A stretch of 64,000 nucleotides of DNA from Candidatus Cloacimonadales bacterium. GTDB lineage: Bacteria; Cloacimonadota; Cloacimonadia; Cloacimonadales; JAFGVF01. The notes under the pieces are model-generated. The model was given only the letters and a program-made list of their open reading frames with translations, searched no databases and was not told the origin of the DNA. Position numbers and translations under genes: made by a program. The stretch lies in the NCBI GenBank assembly GCA_963678315.1, contig OY782781.1, positions 1,920,001-1,984,000 on the forward strand, given 5' to 3'. Positions 10,271-19,303 of the stretch are shown here, piece after piece. Numbering within the stretch: position 1 is the first letter of the stretch; every line of letters begins with the position of its first letter.

Positions 10271-10528
10271 TTAAAGCTTGTCAATATACCACCAGAAGTG
10301 TGACTCTGGGATGTTCTCTGCTTCTCTAACATCTGTTATAAGTCCAATCACATAATCTGGATCCTCTTTGTCTATAAGAAGGTGTTTTTTAGAGAGAATA
10401 GCCTCTTTTAGCTCCTGATTGTTCGCAAGAGTATCTGCATGTTCTGACATTCTATAGCACCATGTCATATATCCACAAGGATGCTCGGGTTTGCTAATCT
10501 CTCGGAATAGCTTTACAAAGTCGGTCAA
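10271..10528 (-). CDS. Small hypothetical protein
   Basis: 85-aa ORF, TTG start preceded by AAGGAG, directly downstream of tRNA-Ser. Confidence 0.6.
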   Translation of the reverse strand: MTDFVKLFREISKPEHPCGYMTWCYRMSEHADTLANNQELKEAILSKKHLLIDKEDPDYVIGLITDVREAENIPESHFWWYIDKL

Positions 10529-10623
10529 TTTAAACTCCTTTTAATGACTTCATAATGAAAATGCTTAGATGTACAGAAAATCCTCTTTCAAGAGTTAAGA
10601 TTTATTATAGACATTAATAAAAA

Positions 10624-10711
10624 TGGCGGAGACGTAGAGATTCGAACTCTAGATAGGTTGCCCTATACACGGTTTCCAACCGTGCTCCTTAAACCGCTCG
10701 GACACGTCTCC
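10624..10711 (-). tRNA. tRNA-Ser (GGA)
   Basis: GGAGACGTGTCCGAGCGG...CACGGTTGGAAACCGTG, long variable arm, GTTCGAATC, CGTCTCCGCCA. Confidence 0.95.
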
Positions 10712-10980
10712 TAGGTTTCGTAATAAAATTAATCCCCTTTTATATGTCAATGAATATTTATCAGAAATTCATAGAATTCGTTATTTGTGTATGCTTTCTG
10801 GTGATTTAACCCAACTAATACTTGGCTTATTGTAAATAGTGTAGATTCTTTAGTATAGTTGTAAAGTAAACAAATATTCAGTATAAGAAATGAGACAGGG
10901 ACTACTAGTTTGTAAGAAAAAATATTGACATTGAGTTAAGTAAAGATGAAATGGAAAAAACAAATCAAATAGGAGTTCTC

Positions 10981-12414
10981 ATGAACAATAATGTAAGAGT
11001 TAGACTTGCTCCAAGTCCAACAGGATATCTCCATTTAGGTACCTTAAGAGTAGCATTATATAATTATGCTTTTGCAAAGAGAAATGGTGGTAAATTTATA
11101 TTAAGAATAGAAGATACAGATCAAAATAGATTAGTTGATGATGCAGTAGAAAATATTATAACAACTTTAAAAACTATTGGGGTTGAATTTGACGAAGGTC
11201 CTGGAAAAGGCGGAGAATTTGGTCCTTATGTTCAATCAGAAAGACTTGGTATATACAGAAAATATATTGATAAACTAATTGCTGATGGTAATGCCTACTA
11301 TTGTTTCTGTGATAAAGAAACTTTAGACACAATGAGAGCAGAGCAAATGGCAAAAAAAGAAGACCCTCGTTATGATAGAAGATGTTTAAAATTATCAACA
11401 GAAGAGGTTGAGGCAAGAATAGCTAACGGCGACCCTTATGTAGTTCGATTGAGAATGCCTGATGATAAAGTATTCAAATTCAATGATGCAATTAGGGGAG
11501 ATGTAGAAATACACTCTTCAACTGTAGATGACCAAGTTATCTTGAAATCTGACGGTTTTCCTACCTATCATTTAGCTGCTTGCGTGGATGATCATCTTAT
11601 GGAAATATCACATGTATTCCGTGGAGAAGAATGGATATCAAGTACACCTAAGCATTTATGGCTCTATGAATGTCTTGGTTGGGATGCTCCTAAGTTTGTA
11701 CATTTACCATTAATTATGAATACAGATCACTCTAAACTTAGTAAGAGAAAAAATGATGTATCAGTTGAAAACTATCTTAAGAAAGGATATCCAGTTGCAG
11801 CAATTATCAATTACATAGCAATAATTGGCTGGCACACTTCAGATGATAGAGAATTCTTCTCATTGGATGATTTATGCAAAGAATTCTCTTTAGATAGAGT
11901 TAATAAAGCTAATGGTGTTTTCGATATCGTGAAATTAAATTGGATGGCAGGAATGTATATTCGAGAAATGTCTAATGAAGATCTTCTTGAAAAATGCCAA
12001 CCATTCTTTATTAAAGCTGGATTAGACACTTCTGATAGGACTAAAATGCTGGCTGTAATGGAAAATGCTAAAGATAGAATAAGTTATTATGAACAATCTG
12101 TGGAACAATCAGAAATGTTCTTTAAAGATTTAGAGATTTCTGAAGAAGATATAGAAGTATTGAAATCAGAATCTTCTCAAACAGTTATAAAATATTTCTT
12201 AGATAATTTAGATAATCTTAATTGGGATGATATGGATGAAGTGGGAACTTTTATTAAAAAGGGTTCTAAAGAGATTGGTGTGAAAGGTAAAAACTACTAT
12301 TTCCCATTAAGAATTTCATTATTTGGTAGCTCCCACGGTCCTGATATACCAAAATTGTTTGCAATTTTAGGTAAAGATGGAGTTAGGAACAGATTTAGCA
12401 AAGCATTAGTATAA
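10981..12414 (+). CDS. gltX: Glutamate--tRNA ligase
   Basis: APSPTGYLHLG (HIGH), RIEDTD, KLSKR. ATG at 10981 has an AGGAG RBS (ORF track starts at 10951). Confidence 0.97.
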   Translation: MNNNVRVRLAPSPTGYLHLGTLRVALYNYAFAKRNGGKFILRIEDTDQNRLVDDAVENIITTLKTIGVEFDEGPGKGGEFGPYVQSERLGIYRKYIDKLIADGNAYYCFCDKETLDTMRAEQMAKKEDPRYDRRCLKLSTEEVEARIANGDPYVVRLRMPDDKVFKFNDAIRGDVEIHSSTVDDQVILKSDGFPTYHLAACVDDHLMEISHVFRGEEWISSTPKHLWLYECLGWDAPKFVHLPLIMNTDHSKLSKRKNDVSVENYLKKGYPVAAIINYIAIIGWHTSDDREFFSLDDLCKEFSLDRVNKANGVFDIVKLNWMAGMYIREMSNEDLLEKCQPFFIKAGLDTSDRTKMLAVMENAKDRISYYEQSVEQSEMFFKDLEISEEDIEVLKSESSQTVIKYFLDNLDNLNWDDMDEVGTFIKKGSKEIGVKGKNYYFPLRISLFGSSHGPDIPKLFAILGKDGVRNRFSKALV

Positions 12415-12424
12415 TAATTAACTG

Positions 12425-12468
12425 TTAGCATCTATATTGATAATGGAAAACTATTTGTATAGATGCTA
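12425..12468 (+). terminator. Stem-loop after gltX
   Basis: TAGCATCTATA...TATAGATGCTA inverted repeat. Confidence 0.45.
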
Positions 12469-12498
12469 GTTTAAAATATTTATCAGGAGTCAGTAATA

Positions 12499-13110
12499 AT
12501 GGAATATGTTAGAAAGTTAGAAGGTAGTAAAATATTTTTAGCTCCAATAGAAGTAGATGAAGCAAGAAAATACATTTCTTGGTACAATGATTTTGAGATA
12601 GGCTTCTTTTTAGGAACACAAGATAGAATAGTTACAGAAGGACAAGAAAAGAATATTCTTGAAAGATTATCTAATTCAAATAAGGATTATCAATTTACAA
12701 TCGTTGACTTAGAAACAAAAACAGCTATTGGACACTGCGGATTACACAACATAGATTGGGTTAATCGTACAGCAGAATTTGGTATCAATATAGGTAATAA
12801 AAGCTATTGGAATAAGGGCTACGGTACAGATGCCACTGAACTCTTAGTCGCTTTTGCTTTTGATATTCTAAACTTAAATAATGTTATGCTTAGAGTTCTT
12901 GAGTGCAACCCAAGAGCAATTCATATATATGAAAAAGTCGGCTTCAAAGAGATAGGTAAACGCCGTGAAGTTGTGACAGTAGCTGGTGAGAACTTTGCTA
13001 TGGTTTATTATGATATTATCTCTTCTGAATTTAAATCTGATTTGATTAGAAATAACATAGATAAGTACAAGAAAGCAGATAAGAATCTAAATAAAATATC
13101 TTTACTATAA
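12499..13110 (+). CDS. GNAT N-acetyltransferase, RimJ/RimL family
   Basis: AEFGINIG..YWNKGYGT and N.RAIHIYEKVGF motifs. Confidence 0.9.
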   Translation: MEYVRKLEGSKIFLAPIEVDEARKYISWYNDFEIGFFLGTQDRIVTEGQEKNILERLSNSNKDYQFTIVDLETKTAIGHCGLHNIDWVNRTAEFGINIGNKSYWNKGYGTDATELLVAFAFDILNLNNVMLRVLECNPRAIHIYEKVGFKEIGKRREVVTVAGENFAMVYYDIISSEFKSDLIRNNIDKYKKADKNLNKISLL

Positions 13111-13125
13111 TTTAAGGAAATATGC

Positions 13126-14232
13126 TTGTTAAATAAAATTAAAGGACAAAGCAAAGTTATTTCTTCTTTGCTTAATGCAATTGAAGTTAATAGGGTGGGG
13201 CAAAGTTATCTTTTCTATGGACCTGAAGGCATAGGAAAGTTAACTACTGCTCTATATTTTGTGATGGCGATTAATTGCTTAAATGAAGAAGAAGGATGTC
13301 CGTGTGGAGTCTGTGACTCCTGTAGAAAGTTCTTAAATCTATCACATCCAGACTTAATCTATATTTTTCCAACTCCTAATTTAAAGCTTTCTAGTGATGG
13401 GGAAATTAAAGATTCAAAGTATCAAGTAGAGTATGCTGAATATATCAATAATAAGATTAATTCTCCTTGGAAGTCTTATAAATTCTCAGCAGCTAGTGAG
13501 ATTAGAATTGATTCTATCAGGATGTTACAACAACGCTTGAATTTAACTAAGAATGAAGCGAAAACACGGGTCTGTATTATTGAAGATGCAGATTTGATGA
13601 ATAATAACACAGCAAATGCTTTTCTTAAAACTTTAGAGGAACCACCTGAAAATACTATAATCATTCTTACTACATCAAAAGAAAACAAATTGCTTCCTAC
13701 TATATTATCAAGATGTCAGAAAGTAGCTTTTAAAAACCTAAGTAAGGATACTATCAGTTCTATTCTAGTTGAGGAATTCCAGGTCGATTCAAGAAAAGCC
13801 AATATCTTAGCAAGAATCTCTTATGGTAATGCTGAGAAAGCCATTCAGCTTATTGATGAAGATCTAGATAGTGGCAGAAAGATTGCTCAAATGATAATTC
13901 AATATAGCCTCAAGAAAGATGATTTATCATTTATAGCTTATCTTGAAGAAATCAAATCATTAAAGCAAAAGAAATACCTCAAGAACATCTGGTTCAATAT
14001 AGTCATAATTCTGATGGACCTAATCTATCTCTCAGAAAGTCCAGATAATGTAATTAATATTGACTCAAAAGATTTGCTTGAAGAACTGTTGAATAAAAAA
14101 AGCACCTTCACAGAAGATGTCTATAAATTAGTAGATTATACAAATTCTATAAATGAAATGATTGACTTAAACACCGTCCCAGCCCTTATTCTAACTACTA
14201 TTTATCATAAATTAAAAAAAATATTTAATTAA
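13126..14232 (+). CDS. holB: DNA polymerase III delta' subunit
   Basis: GPEGIGK, Cys4 zinc module, ANAFLKTLEEP, TILSRC. Confidence 0.9.
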   Translation: MLNKIKGQSKVISSLLNAIEVNRVGQSYLFYGPEGIGKLTTALYFVMAINCLNEEEGCPCGVCDSCRKFLNLSHPDLIYIFPTPNLKLSSDGEIKDSKYQVEYAEYINNKINSPWKSYKFSAASEIRIDSIRMLQQRLNLTKNEAKTRVCIIEDADLMNNNTANAFLKTLEEPPENTIIILTTSKENKLLPTILSRCQKVAFKNLSKDTISSILVEEFQVDSRKANILARISYGNAEKAIQLIDEDLDSGRKIAQMIIQYSLKKDDLSFIAYLEEIKSLKQKKYLKNIWFNIVIILMDLIYLSESPDNVINIDSKDLLEELLNKKSTFTEDVYKLVDYTNSINEMIDLNTVPALILTTIYHKLKKIFN

Positions 14233-14445
14233 TTTTTAAAAGTATTCATAAAAGTCTAGAGAATAGGATGAAATGTTTAAGTTGCTGATAAACAATGCTT
14301 TAACTTTTTGAAGGACTGCCATAGGGATGTCATTATATTGTGTAAGTTATTATTAGGTAAATAAATATAGAAAAAAATATTTGACAATAATTAATATGAG
14401 CTTTAAATAAGCAATGACTCGCAAAACTAAATCATTGGAGGAAAT

Positions 14446-14718
14446 ATGACAAAAGATGAACTTGTTAGCAAAATTGCTGATAAATCTAATCTATCAAAGA
14501 AAGTTGTTAATGAATTTGTAGCAGCATTTATCGAAGAAATTACTGAGGCAATGAAGAATGGCAAAAGAGTATCTTTCGTAGGTTTTGGAACATTTGAACC
14601 AAAATTAAGAAAAGAACGCCAAGGTATTAATCCACAAACTAAAGAAAAAATTACTATTCCTGCTAGAAGAGTTCCAGTATTTAAAGCTGGTAAGAAATTG
14701 AGAGAAGCAGTTAAGTAA
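14446..14718 (+). CDS. hup: HU DNA-binding protein
   Basis: GFGTF, GINPQT, VPVFKAGKKLR. Confidence 0.95.
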   Translation: MTKDELVSKIADKSNLSKKVVNEFVAAFIEEITEAMKNGKRVSFVGFGTFEPKLRKERQGINPQTKEKITIPARRVPVFKAGKKLREAVK

Positions 14719-14762
14719 ATATAATTTTAATTTTAATTATTAAGCTGTAATTGTTCAGCCTG

Positions 14763-14790
14763 AGAGCCTTGTTTATTCAAGGCTCTTTTT
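14763..14790 (+). terminator. Rho-independent terminator after hup
   Basis: AGAGCCTTG-loop-CAAGGCTCT followed by a T run. Confidence 0.8.
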
Positions 14791-14897
14791 CTATTTAAGG
14801 TTCTACATTTTTTCAATACACAAATAACTAATTAGAATTCTGTTATGGCTCAAAAACACCTACGCTCATTCTGAATGTTATAGATTTATAGTTTTTG

Positions 14898-14925
14898 TTG
14901 ACATTATAGCTGTTCATTTTATAAT
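14898..14925 (+). promoter_or_regulatory. Consensus sigma70 promoter
   Basis: TTGACA-N16-TATAAT upstream of the ORF at 14952. Confidence 0.75.
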
Positions 14926-14951
14926 AGCTAAAAAATAATGTTTGGTGAAAT

Positions 14952-15863
14952 ATGAATAAAATTATTAGTTTATCTTGTCTGTTGTTTTGCATTATAAGCA
15001 TAAAAGCTCAATCAGTAAATTCACATATGATTGCTAAGGTTGAAAACATGATTGATAGGAATGATACTTTCTTTATAAATGAGTTTATTGATCAAAGCAT
15101 GCAACCTAAAAAAATGGGTTCTTTCTATTTAGAACTTGCAGATAGCCTTATAGCTCATGATATTGATATTGAGTATCTATCAATATTTTCTAAGTCTGGA
15201 GCTTATAATATAATTAGAAAAGCTGGCGATATGCAGTATTCCAACCGACGAGTATCTTCAAGATTAAAGAAAGATGCTTGTAGCTTATTAAGGGTTTCAA
15301 TTGATAGAGTTTTTGAACAATGGCTAGCTAATAAGAATGATGGTTCTTTATTATTGAAAGATAGTATTGATATGATGATGCTCTACAATAGAATCCAATC
15401 ACAAATTGATTATGACCCAGTTAGTAATTTTAAGAACTATATACTTTTTGGAGAACTTTATTTAGCAGTTGAGGACTATAAATCAGCTCAAGAATATTTC
15501 ATGGCTGCAAAAGAATTCACTAAGCAAATTGAAACACAAGAATATTCCGATATCTCTGAAATATATTGTATACTTGCTGAAGCGAACAGTAATTTAGAGT
15601 CAGAAGGAACCATTCTTGATATGCAATCATTTTTGACTAATTACTACAAGCTAGATGGTCTTTTTGATAAATATGAAGATCTTGTTGATAGTAAAAGAAA
15701 GAAGTCAGAAGATGACTCTAAAGAAGATGATTCTACTAATAATATTTCCAAAGATCTTGTTGATGTTTCCTTAGAAGAATCATCAAACTGGTTAAGTAGA
15801 CTAAATAAGATTAAACAAAGAGTATTTACTGACTTCTATATAGTTGCAGAAGAGGATGAATAA
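14952..15863 (+). CDS. Exported hypothetical protein, possibly TPR-like helical
   Basis: Signal-peptide-like N-terminus; GELYLAVEDYKSAQEYF resembles a TPR helix pair. Confidence 0.6.
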   Translation: MNKIISLSCLLFCIISIKAQSVNSHMIAKVENMIDRNDTFFINEFIDQSMQPKKMGSFYLELADSLIAHDIDIEYLSIFSKSGAYNIIRKAGDMQYSNRRVSSRLKKDACSLLRVSIDRVFEQWLANKNDGSLLLKDSIDMMMLYNRIQSQIDYDPVSNFKNYILFGELYLAVEDYKSAQEYFMAAKEFTKQIETQEYSDISEIYCILAEANSNLESEGTILDMQSFLTNYYKLDGLFDKYEDLVDSKRKKSEDDSKEDDSTNNISKDLVDVSLEESSNWLSRLNKIKQRVFTDFYIVAEEDE

Positions 15864-15865
15864 TT

Positions 15866-16876
15866 GTGATAAAGTCCATTTCAATAAGCAAAGACAAAGC
15901 TATTATTATAGACCAAACTTTATTACCTTCTGAAGAGAAGTATATTGAAATCAATAATTCAGACCAGATGATAGAAGCTATAAAGAAGTTACGAATTAGA
16001 GGTGCACCAGCTATAGGTATTGCTGGAATGTATGCTTGCTGGCTAGCATTTTGTGAAGAGAAGATGAACGCATGTAATCAAAAAGCTCTTCTTACAAAGA
16101 TTAATGCAATTGAAATAGCTAGGCCTACCGCTGTAAACTTGTCTTATGCAACTGATAAGGCAAGAAGCTATGTAAATAGTCATAGCTTTAACTGGGATAA
16201 TGACCAACTATATCAAATGACTGATTTTCTTATGGATGTGGAACTAAACAATTCTCAGAAGATGGGTCAACATGGAGCTAACCTTATTTATAGTGGTCAA
16301 AGAGAGTTAAGAATACTCACTCATTGCAATACCGGATCTTTAGCAACTTATGGAGATGGAACAGCTTTAAGTGTGATAAGAGCTTTAGCTAAGAAAACTA
16401 AGGTTAAGGTATGGGCTGATGAAACAAGACCTCTAATGCAAGGCTCTAGATTAACTATGTGGGAACTAATGAAAGATGGTATTGACTGTACATTAATTAG
16501 TGATTCTATGGCTGCTCATACAATTAAAACACAAGGGATTGATTTAATAATTACTGGAGCAGATAGGATTGCTCTGAATGGCGATTCTGCTAACAAGATT
16601 GGCACTTATAATTTATCTATTTTAGCAAAACATTTCAATATTCCTTTCTATATAGTTGCTCCTACAACGACTATCGATTATGCTATTGAGAGTGGATCTA
16701 GCATCGTTATTGAAGAAAGAGATTCCAAGGAGTTAATTTTTGTTGGTACTAAACAGACAGCTCCAGCAAATGCAAAAGTGTTTAATCCAGCTTTTGATGT
16801 TGTAGATAGTTCTTATATAGAATCGATTATAACTGAAGAAGGAGCATTCAAGTATCCTTATGATTTCAGAAAATAA
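15866..16876 (+). CDS. mtnA: S-methyl-5-thioribose-1-phosphate isomerase
   Basis: IRGAPAIG, RPTAVNL, LTHCNTGSLAT, ETRP, GADRIA.NGD.ANKIGTY, NPAFDV. Confidence 0.95.
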   Translation: MIKSISISKDKAIIIDQTLLPSEEKYIEINNSDQMIEAIKKLRIRGAPAIGIAGMYACWLAFCEEKMNACNQKALLTKINAIEIARPTAVNLSYATDKARSYVNSHSFNWDNDQLYQMTDFLMDVELNNSQKMGQHGANLIYSGQRELRILTHCNTGSLATYGDGTALSVIRALAKKTKVKVWADETRPLMQGSRLTMWELMKDGIDCTLISDSMAAHTIKTQGIDLIITGADRIALNGDSANKIGTYNLSILAKHFNIPFYIVAPTTTIDYAIESGSSIVIEERDSKELIFVGTKQTAPANAKVFNPAFDVVDSSYIESIITEEGAFKYPYDFRK

Positions 16877-17621
16877 TAAAGCAATAATAGAGAAAGTATC
16901 AGAGCTTTTTGATAAGGCTAAGAATGTAGTCTTTTTTACAGGGGCAGGTATCTCAGTTGAAAGTGGAATAGCTCCTTTTAGAGGTAACAATGGAGTATGG
17001 ACTAAGTATGATGCAAAGGTTTTGGAACTCAACTATTATCTTAAAAACCCTAGTAAATGTTGGCCAGTTATAAAAGAACTTTTTTACAGTAAGAAAGTGA
17101 TTGATGCTACTCCAAATTCAGCACATTATGCTATAGCTGAGTATGAAAGACAAGGTAAATCACTGGCTGTAATAACCCAGAATATTGATAATTTACATCA
17201 AAAAGCAGGAAGCAAGAAAGTGGTTGAACTGCATGGGAATATTTCAAGGTTTTATTGCCAGAAATGTAGTAAGCAGTGGTTTTCTAATGATGTAGTTCTA
17301 GATGATGATAAGCCAATTTGCAAGGATTGTGGTGGATTGCTTAAACCTGATTTTGTTTTTTTTAGTGAGCCTCTATCTAGTAAATCTTTAGAAGATGCTT
17401 ATGAGTTTTCCATGAAGGCTGATTTGTTTGTTATTATTGGTTCTTCTGGTGAAGTTCAACCAGCAAATCAATTTCCATTGCTAGCAAAGCAGTCAAAGGC
17501 TACAATCATTGAATTCAATACAGATGAGTCAAATTATACAAAATATATTACTGATTATTTTATAAAGGGTAAAGTAGGTAGAACTTTACCAATGTTGTTA
17601 AAATATAAAGGAGAGTTATAA
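16860..17621 (+). CDS. cobB: NAD-dependent protein deacylase (sirtuin)
   Basis: TGAGISVESGI.PFRG, TQNIDNLH, ELHG, Cys4 zinc site. Confidence 0.92.
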   Translation: MISENNKAIIEKVSELFDKAKNVVFFTGAGISVESGIAPFRGNNGVWTKYDAKVLELNYYLKNPSKCWPVIKELFYSKKVIDATPNSAHYAIAEYERQGKSLAVITQNIDNLHQKAGSKKVVELHGNISRFYCQKCSKQWFSNDVVLDDDKPICKDCGGLLKPDFVFFSEPLSSKSLEDAYEFSMKADLFVIIGSSGEVQPANQFPLLAKQSKATIIEFNTDESNYTKYITDYFIKGKVGRTLPMLLKYKGEL

Positions 17622-18688
17622 TGAAAAAGATTATTATAGTTATGTTAATGACATTAATTTCAACTACCACGATTCTTGGTGTAACAGTAGAAGAACTAAT
17701 GGGCAATGTTAAATCAATTAAGGCAAATATAAAAGATGATAAAGCTATTGTAAATTGGCAGTTTAAAAGTGGGATTGAGTGTGATTCTGTAGTGGTTTAT
17801 AGAAGTTATTCACCGATGGAGATTCCTCTTGATAGATATTTATATCCAATAAGAAAGAATACAGTTACTGGTAAAAGTGTTTTCTCTGATGAATACTTAG
17901 CTTCTAATGTAGATTACTATTATAAAGTTGTTGGTTATCTTAATGGGGAACTGGCTGGCATTTCTGATAATTGCAAAATCTCCGTAAGTGGAGATTCTTT
18001 AAGAACTGTAGATATAGATTTCAAAAATGTGCATATAGAAATTGATAAAGTTAATTATTTGCTCTCTATTAAGAATAATGATACTACTCTAAAATCATAT
18101 CCAATAGCCATGGGGGGTAACCCTTTTAGCAGAAAGATTATTAGGGATAATGAGTCAAGTCCAGAAGGTATATATAATGTTGTTTATATCCAAAGAAATG
18201 CTACATATTACAAAGCACTAGATATTAACTATCCAAACACAATTGATAGAGTTAGGTTTGATGTAGCAAAACAGACCGGTATGATATCACAAAGTGATGT
18301 TATTGGTGGTGAAATTCAAATTCATGGTAAAGGTATTTACAATAACTGGACATTTGGTTGTTTTGCATTAAGAAATGATGATATCGATGAAATCCTTGAT
18401 TCTAAACTAATCAGACGTGGAACTAATATTGTTATCTTTGGTTATGAGATTGAAAGAGAAGATTTAGGGTATATTTTTAGGTATTGGCCAAAGAGTGAAG
18501 TCAAAGTTATCCAAAGAAAATTAAGAGATCAAGGCTATAAGGTCGGTAGTGATGGAGTTCTTGGTCCAAACTCTAGACGTCAACTTGGTAAGTTCCAAAA
18601 AGACAATGGTTTGGCTGTTACCTGTGATTTAGATAAAGACACGTGCAAAAAACTGGGTTATATCCCTAGTAGCATTAAAAATAAATAA
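17621..18688 (+). CDS. L,D-transpeptidase (YkuD) family protein with C-terminal peptidoglycan-binding domain
   Basis: SPEGIY, IQIHG...WTFGCFALRN, and IQRKL...DGVLG...FQK in the C-terminal domain. Confidence 0.85.
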   Translation: MKKIIIVMLMTLISTTTILGVTVEELMGNVKSIKANIKDDKAIVNWQFKSGIECDSVVVYRSYSPMEIPLDRYLYPIRKNTVTGKSVFSDEYLASNVDYYYKVVGYLNGELAGISDNCKISVSGDSLRTVDIDFKNVHIEIDKVNYLLSIKNNDTTLKSYPIAMGGNPFSRKIIRDNESSPEGIYNVVYIQRNATYYKALDINYPNTIDRVRFDVAKQTGMISQSDVIGGEIQIHGKGIYNNWTFGCFALRNDDIDEILDSKLIRRGTNIVIFGYEIEREDLGYIFRYWPKSEVKVIQRKLRDQGYKVGSDGVLGPNSRRQLGKFQKDNGLAVTCDLDKDTCKKLGYIPSSIKNK

Positions 18689-18717
18689 CTTGCTTAAAAA
18701 ACAATTAGGCATATTTT

Positions 18718-19077
18718 GTGGCTATGAGTTATAAAGATAAACAGATTTTTTTTAGGACACATATGAAAGGATTTATCCAAGGATTTTTATTCATACTTGT
18801 CATTATTTTAATTATTGGATTTTTCCAATTGATAGGCTACATTGACGTTCAGATTAATGGTGAAGTACCTACACCAAATTCGGAAGCTAGTTCTTGGAAT
18901 GAATCAGATGAACAACCCGATGGTGTTTATAATCGTATCGAGCCTAAAGAAATGAACAGTTCTGCTAAAAAGAACTTTGATTCAGACTTTGGCTCTAAAC
19001 CATTAAACCAAAAGGATAGAGATAAGTCTGAAGAAAATAAGCAAGATAGAATGAAAAAGTCTTTCAAAGGCTTTTAG
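18718..19077 (+). CDS. Hypothetical membrane-anchored protein
   Basis: One TM followed by a hydrophilic tail. Confidence 0.6.
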   Translation: MAMSYKDKQIFFRTHMKGFIQGFLFILVIILIIGFFQLIGYIDVQINGEVPTPNSEASSWNESDEQPDGVYNRIEPKEMNSSAKKNFDSDFGSKPLNQKDRDKSEENKQDRMKKSFKGF

Positions 19078-19100
19078 TTTTAACTGAATTATAGGGCTTC

Positions 19101-19190
19101 ATTAAGGGTCTCCTTGAAAAAACGACTTTTTTTCAAAGAGGCAAGTAAGGATGAAGAGTTAATGAGCTGTTAGGAGTTAGTAGTTAGGAT
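19101..19190. repeat. Inverted copy of the dispersed hairpin block plus a GAGTTAG tract at the left edge of the R-M island
   Basis: 19101-19150 is the reverse complement of 46531-46580 with few mismatches; it is followed by GTTAGGAGTTAGTAGTTAGG. Confidence 0.8.
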
Positions 19191-19303
19191 AGGGTTGACT
19201 GGAAATGCCCAGCTGGGGAAAAGAATAAAAAAACTTAAATAATATCAAAAATTAAATAGGTATAGGAAACATATATCTAATAATTGAATGAAGTAGGAAA
19301 AAT

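Noticed and set aside
10271..10711. Prophage or integrative element at tRNA-Ser
   Set aside because: No integrase and no duplicated tRNA 3' end seen in the window.
16860..17621. Sirtuin as an anti-phage SIR2 effector near the R-M island
   Set aside because: It is a canonical zinc-binding CobB-type deacylase in a housekeeping operon.
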